Positions 48,873-61,956 of a stretch of DNA of 64,000 nt are shown in pieces; position 1 is the first letter of the stretch, and each line of letters opens with the position of its first letter. The notes under the pieces are model-generated. The model had not been told where the DNA came from. It ran no database searches and was given only the letters and a program-made list of their open reading frames with translations. Source of the DNA: Bispira polyomma (lineage: Eukaryota); contig OZ287755.1 in assembly GCA_965649765.1 (NCBI GenBank), forward strand, positions 7,192,001 to 7,256,000, written 5' to 3'. Made by a program: the position numbers and the translations under genes.

Positions 48873-50619
48873 CTAGAAATAACGAAATAAAACCAGATGT
48901 GGTTTCTTCTTTAGCATTAAGGATGTCAAGGAGAAAATGAGTTTTCCATACAGCAAAAAAGAATCACCTTCAATTCAAATAAAAAGGCAAAGCCAGTAGT
49001 AACACCAAGCTTTTGACATCATTCTAAAGTTGTGCATATTTGCCCAGTTGTGCAATGGGAAATAATGATATTAATGTCCAGGAGCTGTATATAACAAATC
49101 AGTACAGCACATTAAAGTGTATCACTATCTGCCATTTTTCCTTCAATTTTCTCGAAATCTCAAGGTCCGAAACCTGGAAAAAATCATGTGCCAAATTCCC
49201 TTTTTTGTTTACCATACCACATCACACACAATGCTATTCTATAATTAAACAGTAACTCAGTAAACATTATTATTTCTGCCTATTTCCTTTTATATTATTT
49301 ACAATCCCAAGAGGTCCCATTTCTTTGCAAGGATAAAATTTGGGACGACATCCCTTAGTTGGCCATCAATCACCATTAATCAAAAATCTGAGGTATTTGT
49401 ATTTTTCACCATTCAAAGCTTGGGCAAAACTGTCAAAACTCCCTATGTAGAAATAATAATAAATCCCCATCGAGAAATAAAGAAATAAAAACTGGACCTG
49501 CTTTCTTCTTTAACATTAAGGATGTCAAGGAGAAAATGAGTTTTCATGCAGCAAAAATGAATTACATTTCATTCGCAGACTACTTTTATAACTTAGAATG
49601 CCTCTAGTAAGGTGATGATGTGATATTAAATATCATACACTGCATGAGATAGCTTAATACTAGTTTTATGTAACATATAGTCAGCGAGTAAAAGGGGAAA
49701 ACAGGCATATAAAAAGTCATTCAGGACAATCAGTCTGATTCAGTGTGAGGTATAAAATACATCGGTTGATTACTGTATTATTTGTTTAAACCTCTCACTT
49801 TGGTTTAATGTTGCTTTAAAACATTCTGTCCTATCACGATGGGCAGCTTGCTAGTGGAGGATATCAGAACAGGGTTGTTGGTCAAAGGTTTATTCTGCTG
49901 AGCAAATATAAAGATTTAAAAACCCAAGCCGCCAGATGTGGGAGACTAGTTTAATTTGATTGCTGTTGTTCCTGTTCCTAAATATTGAAATACTGAAACT
50001 AGTGAGTTCAGTTTTAATAGTATTTGGTATAAAAATCTTTATTTGTATAAAAGCAGCGTCAAAATAAAGGCTTTGGTTTGATTTATGTTGATTTAAATGT
50101 GCAGGAAAAGGTGGGTCCACTGTTTTGAGAGTGAGATTTTTATTACAGTAAGTACATGCTGTGCTAAATGAAAGTGCTAAAGTACTATTAATATTTAACA
50201 TACCTTGACTATTATAGCTGGAAAGACTCTGTTAAACTACAGGATTTAAAGGAAAATGTAAAAAAAATATTTACAGCTCAACCTTGGAGACTTGGCTAAT
50301 GAACCTACCAAAGGTCATAGAAAGAAAAATAATGTCTTGATGGCATCGTTACCATCCCCACCCCCATCTTTTTGTCTGTGGAGAGGTCCATTGGGGGAGG
50401 GATATACAAATATAAATAAGAAAACCCTGTCTCGCATTCATTTGGCAAAAGAAGACAGATAAATTGCCAAGAAAGAATGTATGTGGAGTCTGAACCTAAT
50501 CATTATGATAGTTGCCCAAAGTGGGTGAATCTCACCATGTGTTTTAATGTGTCAGCTGTTCTCACTTGTATACTATTAATCAATTGTTTTGGTAGAGTAA
50601 TGTTATTGGTCTTAACTAA

Positions 50620-51211
50620 TGCCGTGATCACACTGAGCTTACGCACAAAAAGTGGCTAACGTAAGCTATAAAGTAGTAAACTTAAGTAAAATATGGTACC
50701 TTTAGCTTTGTTATTTCCCATTTTCCAAAAAAAGTCTTAATTTTCGGACTGCTCCAATTTTGTTACGTTTCTAGCCGTTTGCTGAATAAAATTTTGAAAT
50801 GGGTGGTGAGTTTGTGACAAACGTATTACACGTATTCAATGTGTATTTAACAAAAAGGATGGGAGTAAAACAAACTATATGTACAAATAATATTAAGGAT
50901 GACAAGAACAAAACAGGTTTACAAACGTTATAAACGAGTAAAACAGGACTGAAACTGGTTTAGAAGCGTGGCTAACGTATTTCTAAAAACCTAGCTAACG
51001 TGGCTAACGAGACTAACTTATCGTTAAAACATGGCCAATGAGTTAAACATAATTGAAATGGCTTTTAAATGTGTGTACAAACACGTACAGAATGTATATA
51101 AAATGGACCATACATTTGATTTTTGCTACGTTTCCAGATTATCCCACGGTTTTTCACTTCGGCTTCTCCTGTTTAGGAAAAAACGTAACGCAAACGGTAT
51201 AAGACAGAGGG
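50620..51211. mobile_element. Degenerate MITE-like element rich in AACG(T) motifs
   Basis: Interrupts the host unit, is CpG-rich relative to its flanks, and has only imperfect termini. Confidence 0.4.
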
Positions 51212-53927
51212 GTGGTTTAGTGATTAGAAATGTTAGCATCATAATAGGTGGCCTCTCATCAATGTGAGTTTGAATCCTGTTTGTTCCTTTATGTGGGAAA
51301 ATTCACCAGGTATGATATGACCTAAGCTGCTAAATTTCTAATTCACATTGTACTAAGATAGAGCTAACTACTAGGACATGAAAACAAATTTTGCCGTTAT
51401 TTAGTCCTGTTTAGAAGAAAACAAAGTAATAGTGATCAGCAAGAAAAAAATATTGCTTAGCATTCATGGATTTAATGTGATATGCCAGATACTTTAGTAT
51501 AATTTAGGTACAGTCTAGACGGTCACATCTGCATATCGTAAAAAAAAGACTAATCGAAAGCCTCAATTGCTTTTTTTTTCTATATTAATAGCTTGGAGGA
51601 AAAAAAAGACAAAGCCTTCCGAGGGGTTTTGTATTCCTGAAATATTTTGCCCTAGAGTTACAGAAATATTCTTAATGTTTGGGCATATTTAAGGTTTTAT
51701 TTTAACAGAAAGCTCATAAGCTTACCTTCAATGTATAAACTATTAATCTTGACTAAAATTGTAATACAAATGTGTACACAAAGACTCTTTCATTGATACA
51801 ACCAAATATACTGTATCCATATACATACAATGACATACTTTCTCTATGGGAGAAAGGGTCCTAGATAAGCTTTACATAACTTTCAAATGTATCATATTTT
51901 GTTAAAACCAAGTTCAATAGCTTACCTTAATGACCTTGTCTAAGACGTGAGAAAAACTGCAAAACTTGTGGTACTACATTCCTACTAAATAACAATTTTA
52001 TACACTCCTTTGATTGCAGAAGATTCTGTTATATTTTTGCCAAGACACTTCCAAATATATGGGATGTCTGTAGTTTTGTTTACCAGATGTAGCTAAAATG
52101 CACCCCTACAATACCAATTATTCAAGTAAAAATTAGATTGTCCATCTAAGTCTGATGTATATATTATGTGCCTTCTGTCAAACTACAAGGTCCCTCAGTA
52201 CAGTGTGTATCTCTGCCAAAGTGTTACAGTGACACAATTCCTGGATCCGCCCTTTTGACAGGTTATGTTCCAAAATGTAGTCCACGCTTGCTTGTTCCAC
52301 GCCTTCACTAAATGTTATGTAAATCAATTAAGTAGTTTTTGTGCAATCCTGATGAGAGTCAGAGGAGAAGACACAAACTTAGGCTCCGTGGTGGAGGTAA
52401 ACCTTAATCAGAAACTTGTAAGCAGCCATTTATAATGTGCTTTAATCTTTGCCCTTCTTTTGTTCATATGCCATTGTTATTTATTATGTAAACCAGGTGA
52501 GCAATATGAGAATAACAGAACAATATCAGAATGAACATTCAGAAACATCTTGAGTAAAAAAATATTTACTATGATATATCTGTACAGAATGTATAACTAT
52601 GTGACCCAGTGACATTTGATGGAAACCTGTTAATACACAGGTTGTCACATACTATTGATCAGCTTTGCAAAATTGAACAGCCCCTCCATTGCCTCTCATA
52701 ACCCTTGGCTGAAGCCAGCCTTGCACTAGCCTCATCTGACTTTGTATCTCTGACATTGAGAATTTGAGAATCAGATTATATTGTGGTTCAGAATAATAAA
52801 TGTGCAGTCGTTGAGGTTTTGTATTGAAATGTAGTCGTTAATCATGCGCCAAATACCATTGCCTAATGAACATTGGTAAACCTTCAGATGTTGCATGGTA
52901 AAAAATGGTGTATCTAAATAATTACTTCACTCAGATATTTCGTGGAGATTGTGGTATCTGTCATGGCATATTAGATAATGAAGGTGGTCTAGTGATCAAA
53001 GCTCAAGCCCAATTAATACCATAGTTGTAATGTAAAAAAAACAAAACAACAAAAATGTGCATTTAGTATTCTATGTAAAAATATCAGTACTCTGCAACAT
53101 ACCACAATGCTTATCTTTTGGTCTGTATTTGTTAAGGATTCTCAATTAGAAATAATTACAGAATATAAGCTGTATGTGACGGCCATACTGAGTTATTTGC
53201 ACCGAATCGGCCCTCACAAACAGCTTATATTCTGTTTATTTTACCGAAGCATTTCTACAGAATTTCCAATAGCAATACTATTTCAATAAGAAATTTCTAT
53301 TTAACAAAAACACAAACGATAAATGTAAACACAATTGCCGCAGGAATATGGGGCCCCGACTCCTGGGCCATATCAGGTTTTATGTTATGTAACATGATCG
53401 CATTTTAACCAATAGGATCACTGGATTCACCACCGAAGTATTATAATTTAAAATATGTCCTGACATATATTGCTGTACAATAAATATATCTAAAATCTGA
53501 CAACATAATTGAGTTCCGCCCTCAAAGCTCTATTACATTGAACAGCAACATCACAAGCAAAGTTCCCACTTCAAGAAGCTCCAACTTTTTACCTTTCTGC
53601 CTTACATACATGTAAATAAATTTATTTTCCTTCGGCAAGACCGCAATAATACAATACCATATTTCATGGTAATTTGTCCACCACAGTTTACACCATGTCT
53701 ATGTAAATGTTTAATAAATAGTGGCAGATACAAATCCCTGCACCCAGTGACAATAAATAAGTGGAACACACTATTTGGCCACAATGAAAAATCAGAGGTA
53801 TTTTTTTTTTTTTTTTTTAAATTGTGCAACCCAAAGTTATAAAGTCGTATTAATGTTTAACATGACATCTCTCGATTTTAAGGCCAGAAATTTATGCATT
53901 AATAAGAACATTCTCCATGAACCTACT

Positions 53928-54008
53928 GGATTCAAAGGGAAATTTAAATACCTTATGTACCTTTAATTGGATTCAAAGGGAAATTTACATACCTTAAGTA
54001 CCTTTAAT
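53928..54008. repeat. 41-bp tandem duplication
   Basis: ggattcaaagggaaattta(a/c)atacctta(t/a)gtacctttaat x2. Confidence 0.9.
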
Positions 54009-54785
54009 GGCCTTCATCTCCATTATTGACAAATCAACTTACCAAAGGTCACATCCCAAAAAATCATTGCTACTAAAGCTAGACCATGTCTACATAGCAG
54101 GTTGTAAACCCCCTTCTATTGGGAAATCTATTAAGTGAGGGTAAACATGTAACTGACAAGAGTGGTACAGCCTTCATTTGGCCGTGAAAAATCTCAAGGG
54201 TTAATCAGATTTGTCTGTGATTACAAGGAAAGGCCTGATAAGTTCATCAAGTGGGTGAATCTTACTGTAGTTTTATCTGTCAGCTGTTTGCACTGTGTGT
54301 GGGTGGATAAAGAAATTTAGTAGTCGAAAAATACTTGTAATTGGGAATTTGTTTTTTCTATTAAGTAGAATAACAAAATGGTATGAAACACAGACATTAA
54401 TTGAGACAAAATATCATAAGAACCAAAAAAGGCTTCCTGTCCCCAGTCTAAAACGTCCTGCAGGCTGACTTTTCGCAAAAGTTAATAATATCAGCTGTGT
54501 AATAAGATGGAAGTCCTAATAACAATGGTATTTTGTTTTTTTCCTCCTCATCCCTTTGATCCTTTTGACAAAGAAGTCAATCAGTGGTTTTGTTTTAGCT
54601 TTTAACTCCCCGAGATGGCCTTATCTAATGTGGGTTCTCTTTATCAGGGTCAAATATTTTTGTTTTCTGACAGATTCATGTACTCAAGAAAAAAAGTGTA
54701 ATGAAGGTTACTAATTCTAAAAAGAACTGTCAAATAACAATGCATCAAATCCAACCATCATTAAAACTCCTGACAAACAAGCTAA

Positions 54786-55406
54786 TGACCTGGTCACACC
54801 TACATGTGCTAACGTTCCTCAACGTAGCAAAGCAATATAAACTGAAAACGTGGTAGCTTTGTGTTAAAGTGACATCATTTTCATAAAAGGGAAGTCAATT
54901 GTGACGTTTTTGTGATGTTTCATGACGATGTTAGTACTTATACACACTGAGCGGCGTTAAAAGACCGACCCTTTACTGGTAGGATATCACTACCTACTAT
55001 AACGTAGAGCTACTGTACTGCTACTTACTGGTGCGTTCTGCTTCGTTCTGCTACCTAGTAAAATGTTTCACGACGAATACAACAAGTGGAGACAATATCA
55101 CTACTTACTGGGACTTCATCGCTACTTACTGATACGTCTATGTTACTTTCGGAAACGTTCTGGGACGAACAGAGAAACAGGAAAGAAAGGGAAAATGGGA
55201 ACTGTGACACGATTGTATCAAACATTTTGAAACAAGTGTCGCAGCAGATGAAACAAAAACGTTTCCGTAACTATACCATCTGTTAATCAACATCACGGAA
55301 CAAGCGCAACAGGGATCCTCACTATCTACTATGTTTCAAAACGTTTCCAAAATTAACACAACGTGACACATATGTAGCTCTAGAACGTGTAGGTGTGACC
55401 AGGACA
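54786..55406. mobile_element. PIF/Harbinger-type non-autonomous element
   Basis: TIR tg(a/t)cctggtcacacctaca(t/c)gt and TAA TSD (54783-85, 55407-09). Flanks rejoin to match the paralogue at ~23770-23800. Confidence 0.85.
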
Positions 55407-55834
55407 TAACCAACAGTCATAGACACATAATCTTCTAGTCAGACATAAAAATGGCCACTTAGTGTTTATGACATACATGGGTTTGAAGTGATAGTAGCTG
55501 GGCAGTAAATATTTACTTTACAGTAATCCCATTGCAGTCTAGATGGTCACATTTGCATCTGGTAAATTAAAGACTAATCTACAACCTCAGTTGGTTGCAA
55601 AGCTATTCACCCTTTTCTGGCTACTAATAGCTAAATATCAGAAAAAATACAATTAACGATTTGCATTTCTAATGTTAAATGTTAAGGTTTCACTTTTAGG
55701 AAACTAGAGGGTCAGTCTACCTTTAATGTAGAGACTATTAATCATACATTATTGTGACACATATGTGCACACAAAGCGTTTAGCTGTCATTTATGTAACT
55801 AAGTCAACTATATCTCAATTTTCCTACGCTGAGG

Positions 55835-56060
55835 AGGGGCAGGGGTGGCCTAGTAGTTATAAGGGTCTGCTTCAAAATCACTAGCCTCTCACCTATTGGG
55901 ATCGAATCTCACCGGTTCCTTCTTCATATGAGAAAGTTTCTTAGGTACTTGCCGTAGGTTGGTTATTTACAGTGCATCAGCACTGGTTTCCCCCACCACT
56001 AATCGTGACAGTCACGATATGATCAATGCTGTTGAAAGCGCTGTAAAACTCAATAAATTT
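55835..56060 (+). mobile_element. tRNA-derived SINE (family 2)
   Basis: Reverse-complement homologue of 29615-29842. Confidence 0.75.
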
Positions 56061-56930
56061 AGCATCCTACACTGAAGTTCAGGTGAGATGCCGGATAGGT
56101 CAGTTGCATACAGGCAAGTCACAAGCAAAAATGTTGTATAAAACGTTTAAGCATGCAATTCTAGGTGGGCCTTAACCGCTACCACTCCTCATGCACTAAC
56201 CAAATCATCAAGCTCCAGGCTTTTTATTGCTGTTAAATCAAGTGTTTTATGTTCACAGTGAATTTGTATAATTGTGTGTTGAAAGGTTTTATTGTCTCAA
56301 TAATGAGATTTTCACATAAAGGGAGACATAAACTCTAACAAAACAGCTCTAGGCTTTCAATGTGTAATAATAGTGAAGGGATAACAAATTATGTTTTCAG
56401 ATATTCCAGCTGTCTAGGACTCATGATATCATCTCTGTACTTGTGTGTGTATATGAGAACAAACACTTTAATATGTCACCAACTTCCATTTGTATTGTAT
56501 TAACTCTTTCACTGTCCATCTGTTAAAATACTTAAAAACCCAAAAAAGTGTGTTTTCGTAATCTCAGCTCAACTGGGAGACCGAATATGTTGATAACCTG
56601 TTGAAAATCTACATTTCAATATTTATTTCTAGTCAAATATAGGACACAAGCTTAACTTCCATAAACAATATGTGACTTGTTGTCTGTGCAGACATATGAC
56701 TCAGATACATGTACATAGGTATCACACGTGTAGTGGGCAGTACATCATTCAGTCTAAGGTCGCTTTCAACTACTGCATATTTTATTGGTGCTGACAACCT
56801 TTCAGATATACTTGAGATTTAAGCCAACAAAAACAGAATGTTACTTTCTGATAGATAATGGCAGTCTATTCCATAATTTTTGAAGATCCACAGAAAGTGA
56901 TCACTTGGCAAAGGTCATTCATATAGTGAA

Positions 56931-57180
56931 GGGCGCCGCGGCGGCCTAGTGATTGGAAGTGTGCGCTTTAAAATCACTGGCTTCTCACCTCTGTGATCGG
57001 CTGGTCGCCAGTTCACCTCCCGTTGATGCCTTTGTGGGAAAGGTAGTAGTTATTTACCATTAGCTAAAGGACCTTGGACAACTGCATGCACTGTTTCCTC
57101 TAGCGTTTCAACTACCCGTCCCAATATAACTGATTAAAAGGTACTAGAGTGAATGTTAAAAATCCAAGCAAATTCAAATT
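56931..57180 (+). mobile_element. Older SINE family 1 copy
   Basis: Colinear with 8996-9248 but more diverged. Imperfect TSD catat(a/g)gtg. Confidence 0.8.
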
Positions 57181-57920
57181 CATATGGTGTAAGTATTAAC
57201 TGGCAGCAATTTATCTTCAGTAGATATTGTACTGTGCTTATGACATTTATAGTAAAAAGCATTGCAAATATTGTGTCGCCAGAACAGTTAATGCTTTCTA
57301 GGCTACTAACACCAACAATTTAATCATCTGTGAGTAGCCATTGAAAATTATGTAAAATAATTGGTACATAATTATATCTCCTGCACCAGTGAACTAACTG
57401 CCCATTGTGATACAACACAAGACGTTCAATCCAAACTTAACAAACCTTACACCAAAATATTAGCCCCTCTGGCAGTTAAAAAGTCAACATGGGTAGTAAT
57501 TTACATACAAAGGAGGACATTTTTTTATCTCTTCTTCAATATTATTGTGGTTTTGTTTCTTCCACTGGACAGTGGCCATTAGCATATTACACTTAGGAGT
57601 CTGTTGGAGGCAATGGACCTTTTATGTACTGGCCAAACACTGTATAATGGTGTGTTGTGTTTGGTTAATCGTAGGGCGATATTATTGTGTTAAACAAGTG
57701 GACCCCGGATTGAATTTCTGGGTTATTGTACATCTCCATGAGCACGGGATGCGGCAAGCGGCTTGCGGCTGCGGCTTGCGGTTGCGGTATGCGGGTGCGG
57801 CAAGTCTGTTTCCATGTGTGCGGCTTGCGAGTACGGCTTGCGGCTGCGGCAAGTCTGTTTTCGTGTATGTAGGTATATAAGGAGCATTTTATTTGCTAAT
57901 AAACCTCTTTTCAAGTAAAA

Positions 57921-59597
57921 ATGGCACCTTCTATGTCAAAACTAGTTGCTTGTAATGATAAAATAACCAGAGATAAGCTATTGGTAGCTACACTATATAC
58001 TTTGTACTTAAAGAAGAAAAAATTCAACAAGAGAAAACATCGTTTTTGGGTGGATACTGTTTTGAAACTGAGAGAAACCTATGGTGCTTATCACCATTTA
58101 GTACAAGAACTCCACTTAAATGTAGAACATTTTAAGGCTTATTTTCGTATGTCTAAGTTACAATTTGAAAACCTGTTAATTGGACTTGAAGACGAACTGA
58201 GAAAAGAAAATTTAACAAGGAAATCTATATCACCTAGAGAGAGATTATGTCTGGCATTGAGGTATGTTTTTTGTGGTTACCTTAATAAATTATAAAGTAC
58301 TGAACAGTGTCTATCAAGAAAAATCTATAACAGTTGAATATATTTGCGACCTGAAAATACTTAAAAATATATATACTTAAAATGTACATCAGAAGTAAAT
58401 ATATATATTACTATTAATGTAAATGTGGTTGGTAAAATCCTATACTGATGCTATAACAATTATTTTAGAATGGAATTTACAGGTTGTTTTCTTCTGATAC
58501 TACTGATATCATTTGATTTTTAATTAATAAAATCTAAATACCATTTATATGATTTTCAAAGTTAGCATAGTCATAGCCCACTTTATACCGGCATTGTAAA
58601 CCACCGACCATCGACAAGTAACTTTCAACTTTTCCACTTAAGGCCTGGGTTGAGATTTAAACCTCAGAGGTGGGAGGTGGGTGTGTTACCGAGGTGATTT
58701 AGATATTCATAATTTCCCTTTTTTTATTACTTTTAGATTTTTGGCAACTGGAGAATCCTTTAGATCTCTGTCATTCAGCTTCCGAATTGGTATTGCAACT
58801 GTGGCGAGGATCATACCTGAAGTCTGTGATTTAATTTGGCATGTTTTTAAAGATCAGTATATTCCCATGCCTCAAACACAAGATCACTGGCGATTGTGAT
58901 GTTGTGATTAAGGCACCAGATAATACAGGATCGCAGCATTTCAATTATAAAGGGGCCTTCTCTGTGGTGCTACTGGCACTGGTTGATGCTCATTTGAAAT
59001 TCATATACATAGATACGGGTTCATATGGTCGAAACAGTGATGGGGGCATTTTTTCACACAGCAGCTTAGGAAAAGCATTGCATGGAAATAACTTGCACCT
59101 ACCACCTGACTGCCCAATGCCTGAGGCACCACAATTGGGACCAATGCCATATGTTATGGTAGCTGATGAAGCGTTTCCTCTTCATCATTTTTTTGAGGCC
59201 TTTCCCAGGAAAAAAATGTGGAGAAAAAGAACAACTGTTTAATTATCGTTTAAGTAGGACAAGGAGGATTGTGGAAAGCGCATTTGGAATCCTAGCGTCA
59301 AGGTGGAGAATTTATCACACCAAAATGGCTGTCAGTCCTGATACAGTAAACAAGATAGTTAAAAGTACTTGCCTGTTTCACAACATGATCCAGGCAACTA
59401 CAACTCCAGCAGAAATTACTACATTGTTAGAAAGTTCAGAAGGAGAAGCTGAAGGGTTGCAGGGGCTCATCAATATGGGTTACAGAGGTACACATGATGC
59501 TATTGACATTAGAAATAAATTTAAACAATACTTTGTTGATATTAACCCTCTTACATGGCAAAACGAACATGTTCGTCGTGGACTTTGTCAAGACTAA
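57921..59597 (+). pseudogene. Harbinger (HARBI1-like DDE_Tnp_4) transposase; exon 1 57921-58261, exon 2 58737-59597; defective
   Basis: FRMSK..F, ISPRERL.LALR|FLATGES (AG|gtatgt ... ttttag|A), NYKG.FS, GRNSDGG, VADEAFPL, FNYRLSRTRRIVESAFGIL..RWRI. A deletion at ~58897 removes the GAIDG catalytic motif, and there is a frameshift at ~59190. Confidence 0.9.
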
Positions 59598-59754
59598 ACA
59601 AAAACAAAACTTAAAAAATTCTGAAGTTTCAAATATTGAAACAATATTGGATAAGAAAGTATTTTGTATTTTGTATCGTCAATTGAAGGAAAAAAAATCA
59701 CTATCAATTGACGAATTGTATTGTCAATTGAAGAAATAAAAATCACTATCAACA

Positions 59755-61268
59755 TCAATGAAGAATAGTCTGCATGGCTTGAGCCAAGATGTCATTTGGA
59801 CTCAGGGTTTGCCATTGCTGATGATCTGTTCCTTGAGTCATGTGCCCTGCATCGGATGTTGCAGAAACAGCAGGTGCAGTAACAACAGGTGGGGTGACAA
59901 AATTGTTTGGTGGGTCTGGATATTCAGCCTTAAAAAAGAGGTTTGAAATTTCGCATTTCAACCAAGACCTGTTGTCTTGGTTGAAGCTTTTTCATCCTCA
60001 GAGCACATGACTCAAAGAAAAGATCATCTTCGTCTTTTCCATGGCATATAGAGACAAGGTTGTCACTATTGTTTTTAGAATCCGCCATAAATTCTATGAG
60101 GGCATTTGATAACAAGTCCTCCTCCTTGGCTTTTCTGGGCCTCTTCCCCTTCCCAGGTTTTCCAGGTGTTGCTCCAGGTGTTGCTTGTGGTTGTACTGGT
60201 CGTGACAGTGTTGTTGGCGGGGGGCTTGGTGATTTGGGTGACGGGGGGGGATTTGGGCATTCTGGTGAATACACAAGTCTGGTCTTCATCTTCATCCTCA
60301 ATGTCTTCCTCAACGCACTCCTGCTCACGTGCCGTTTATATTAATAGATGTATGACTTTGATCATTTTTACCATTTCTTTTTACACTAAATCAATTTACT
60401 TATTATGCACAGATGTTTGACGATAATTGTACACCAAATGTGTTGAATATCTCTTGCATTTCACTGGACATATTTATTGAGAAGAAATTAAAAAAAACTG
60501 ACTATGTAGGTAATAATATCTATACTATGGAATACCATGAGCAGTAAATAGTATCTAATAGACCTCAATGTTAATACTTCTATAGTGCCACAATCAATGA
60601 CCAGGCATCTTCTGTGCTGCACATCCAATTCAGCATGCAAAGGAATAGTCATCAGTATGAAAAGAATAGTCTAATCAGTATGCAAACTAATAGCCCAAAT
60701 AGAAAAAGGGTTTTTGATCAGAGTTGACTACATTTCTTGTAGGATATATCATGTAGCTATAGATAGGAACAAAAGTATGTTATACTTACTCAGCTTGTTG
60801 GGACAACAATTCAGAATCGGAATCCTCTAATGCCAGGTTACTCTCTGTGCTTAAATGACAGAAAACATTCACACAGTTCACTGAAAAGTTACACAATAGT
60901 AAGAGTTATAATTTTACATAATGTAGTACGTCTGAATAATAAAATTGATATATTGTTTTCTGTATTACATATGAAATACCTACTCCTTAGAAACATGCAT
61001 AATGTTTAAGCTGGACTCTGGAGAAAATTAAGACTTCACTGTAACCCATGTAACCCAAATTAACAACATATCAACATATATCGTACATAAATCATTATGT
61101 TATCATAATACCTAGCTTCCTCTAAGTAGCTGTCCAGGAATGACATCTGGCTAAAAAATACCCATTTGTTGGTCTTCTTAGCAGCCTGGCCACTTTTCGT
61201 TTTCATGATCTTTTTCTGCTTGAGGTAGCTGTCCCTTAAGTTACGCCACCTTTTCTTCAGCTCTACAC
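59755..61268 (-). pseudogene. Harbinger MADF (Myb/SANT-like)-BESS partner gene; exons 61112-61268, 60790-60849, ~59755-60330; first exon outside the window
   Basis: KKRWRNLRDSYLKQKK..KSGQAA..KWVFFSQMSFLD with canonical ag/gt boundaries. BESS-like DEDDLFFESCALRMKKL...KCEISNLFF, frameshifted. Confidence 0.85.
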
Positions 61269-61956
61269 CTGAAAGATAAGTATTTCTTATAGTAACAGTT
61301 TCTTTTCCAAATGTGAATTCACTTAAAACTGTCCTTACTTCTTGAGATTTTCAGTATAAAGTAAATGTAGTCAGAGTATATAATATGCATTATGATATTC
61401 ACTAATACAAGGGAACATTTATATCAGTTCAATTACATTTAGATACAAGCAGCAGTGTAAGTTTTTATGTCTGATTTATATGGTATTGATTTATATAGAC
61501 TGAAGTACAAATACCAAAAAGTTATGGCTATGCTAGTTATCTATTAAAAAAGAATAGAGTGAGTTATTGGACTGTATTTAATGCAAATATTGATCATTGC
61601 TTAAAATGGCGAAATGCTGTCCACTTGTAATCAATATTCACCCAGTCCCTTTGGTTACTAAATTGCGATAAAATTGATCAGAAATACCTTCATATAACTG
61701 GGTACGAGTCTGATTTGCATGCAATAAAACAACCTTAACAAATTACCAATGAGCTGCTTTAAGAGTATTTACTTTTGCATACATTTGTCAAATTTCCCTG
61801 AATAATCGGCGAATCGCTGCCCCCCTGTAGTAGTGGAGTTGATTGTCATCACTTCTTGTGCCTGGGTTCGAGCCAGGATATGTGATATAAGGGGCCAGCT
61901 AGCTAAGACTCAATTTGTAGCCTTCCGTCGGCTACTGGCAAATATTTAGAACAATT

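Larger units (their letters stand above)
12850..57720. repeat. Array of ~8-10 diverged copies of a multi-kb host unit (probable pseudogenised gene family); + strand to ~44.6 kb, - strand ~45-56.4 kb
   Basis: Recurrent blocks in conserved order: gctggctt(t/c)agccaagg (14713, 16651, 22620, 25790, rc 52704); gttgtagattagtct..gtctagac (10 copies); ttgattgatggccaaataaggga (13559, 15612, 27239, 29148, 38829, rc 48765, 49350, 53775); tttcag..gagtctgttggag (5 copies). Confidence 0.85.
57730..61800 (+). mobile_element. PIF/Harbinger DNA transposon (two convergent genes; right end not in the window, boundaries approximate)
   Basis: Subterminal (GCGGCTT/GCGG)n array 57750-57850, DDE transposase on +, MADF/BESS gene on -. 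Confidence 0.88.

Noticed and set aside
52500-52830. Long nearly open minus-strand frame (..LVQGWLQPRVMRG..), also ORF 25784-26002
   Set aside because: Three of five paralogues have TAG in this frame and substitutions are mostly non-synonymous. A different frame shows the silent-site bias.
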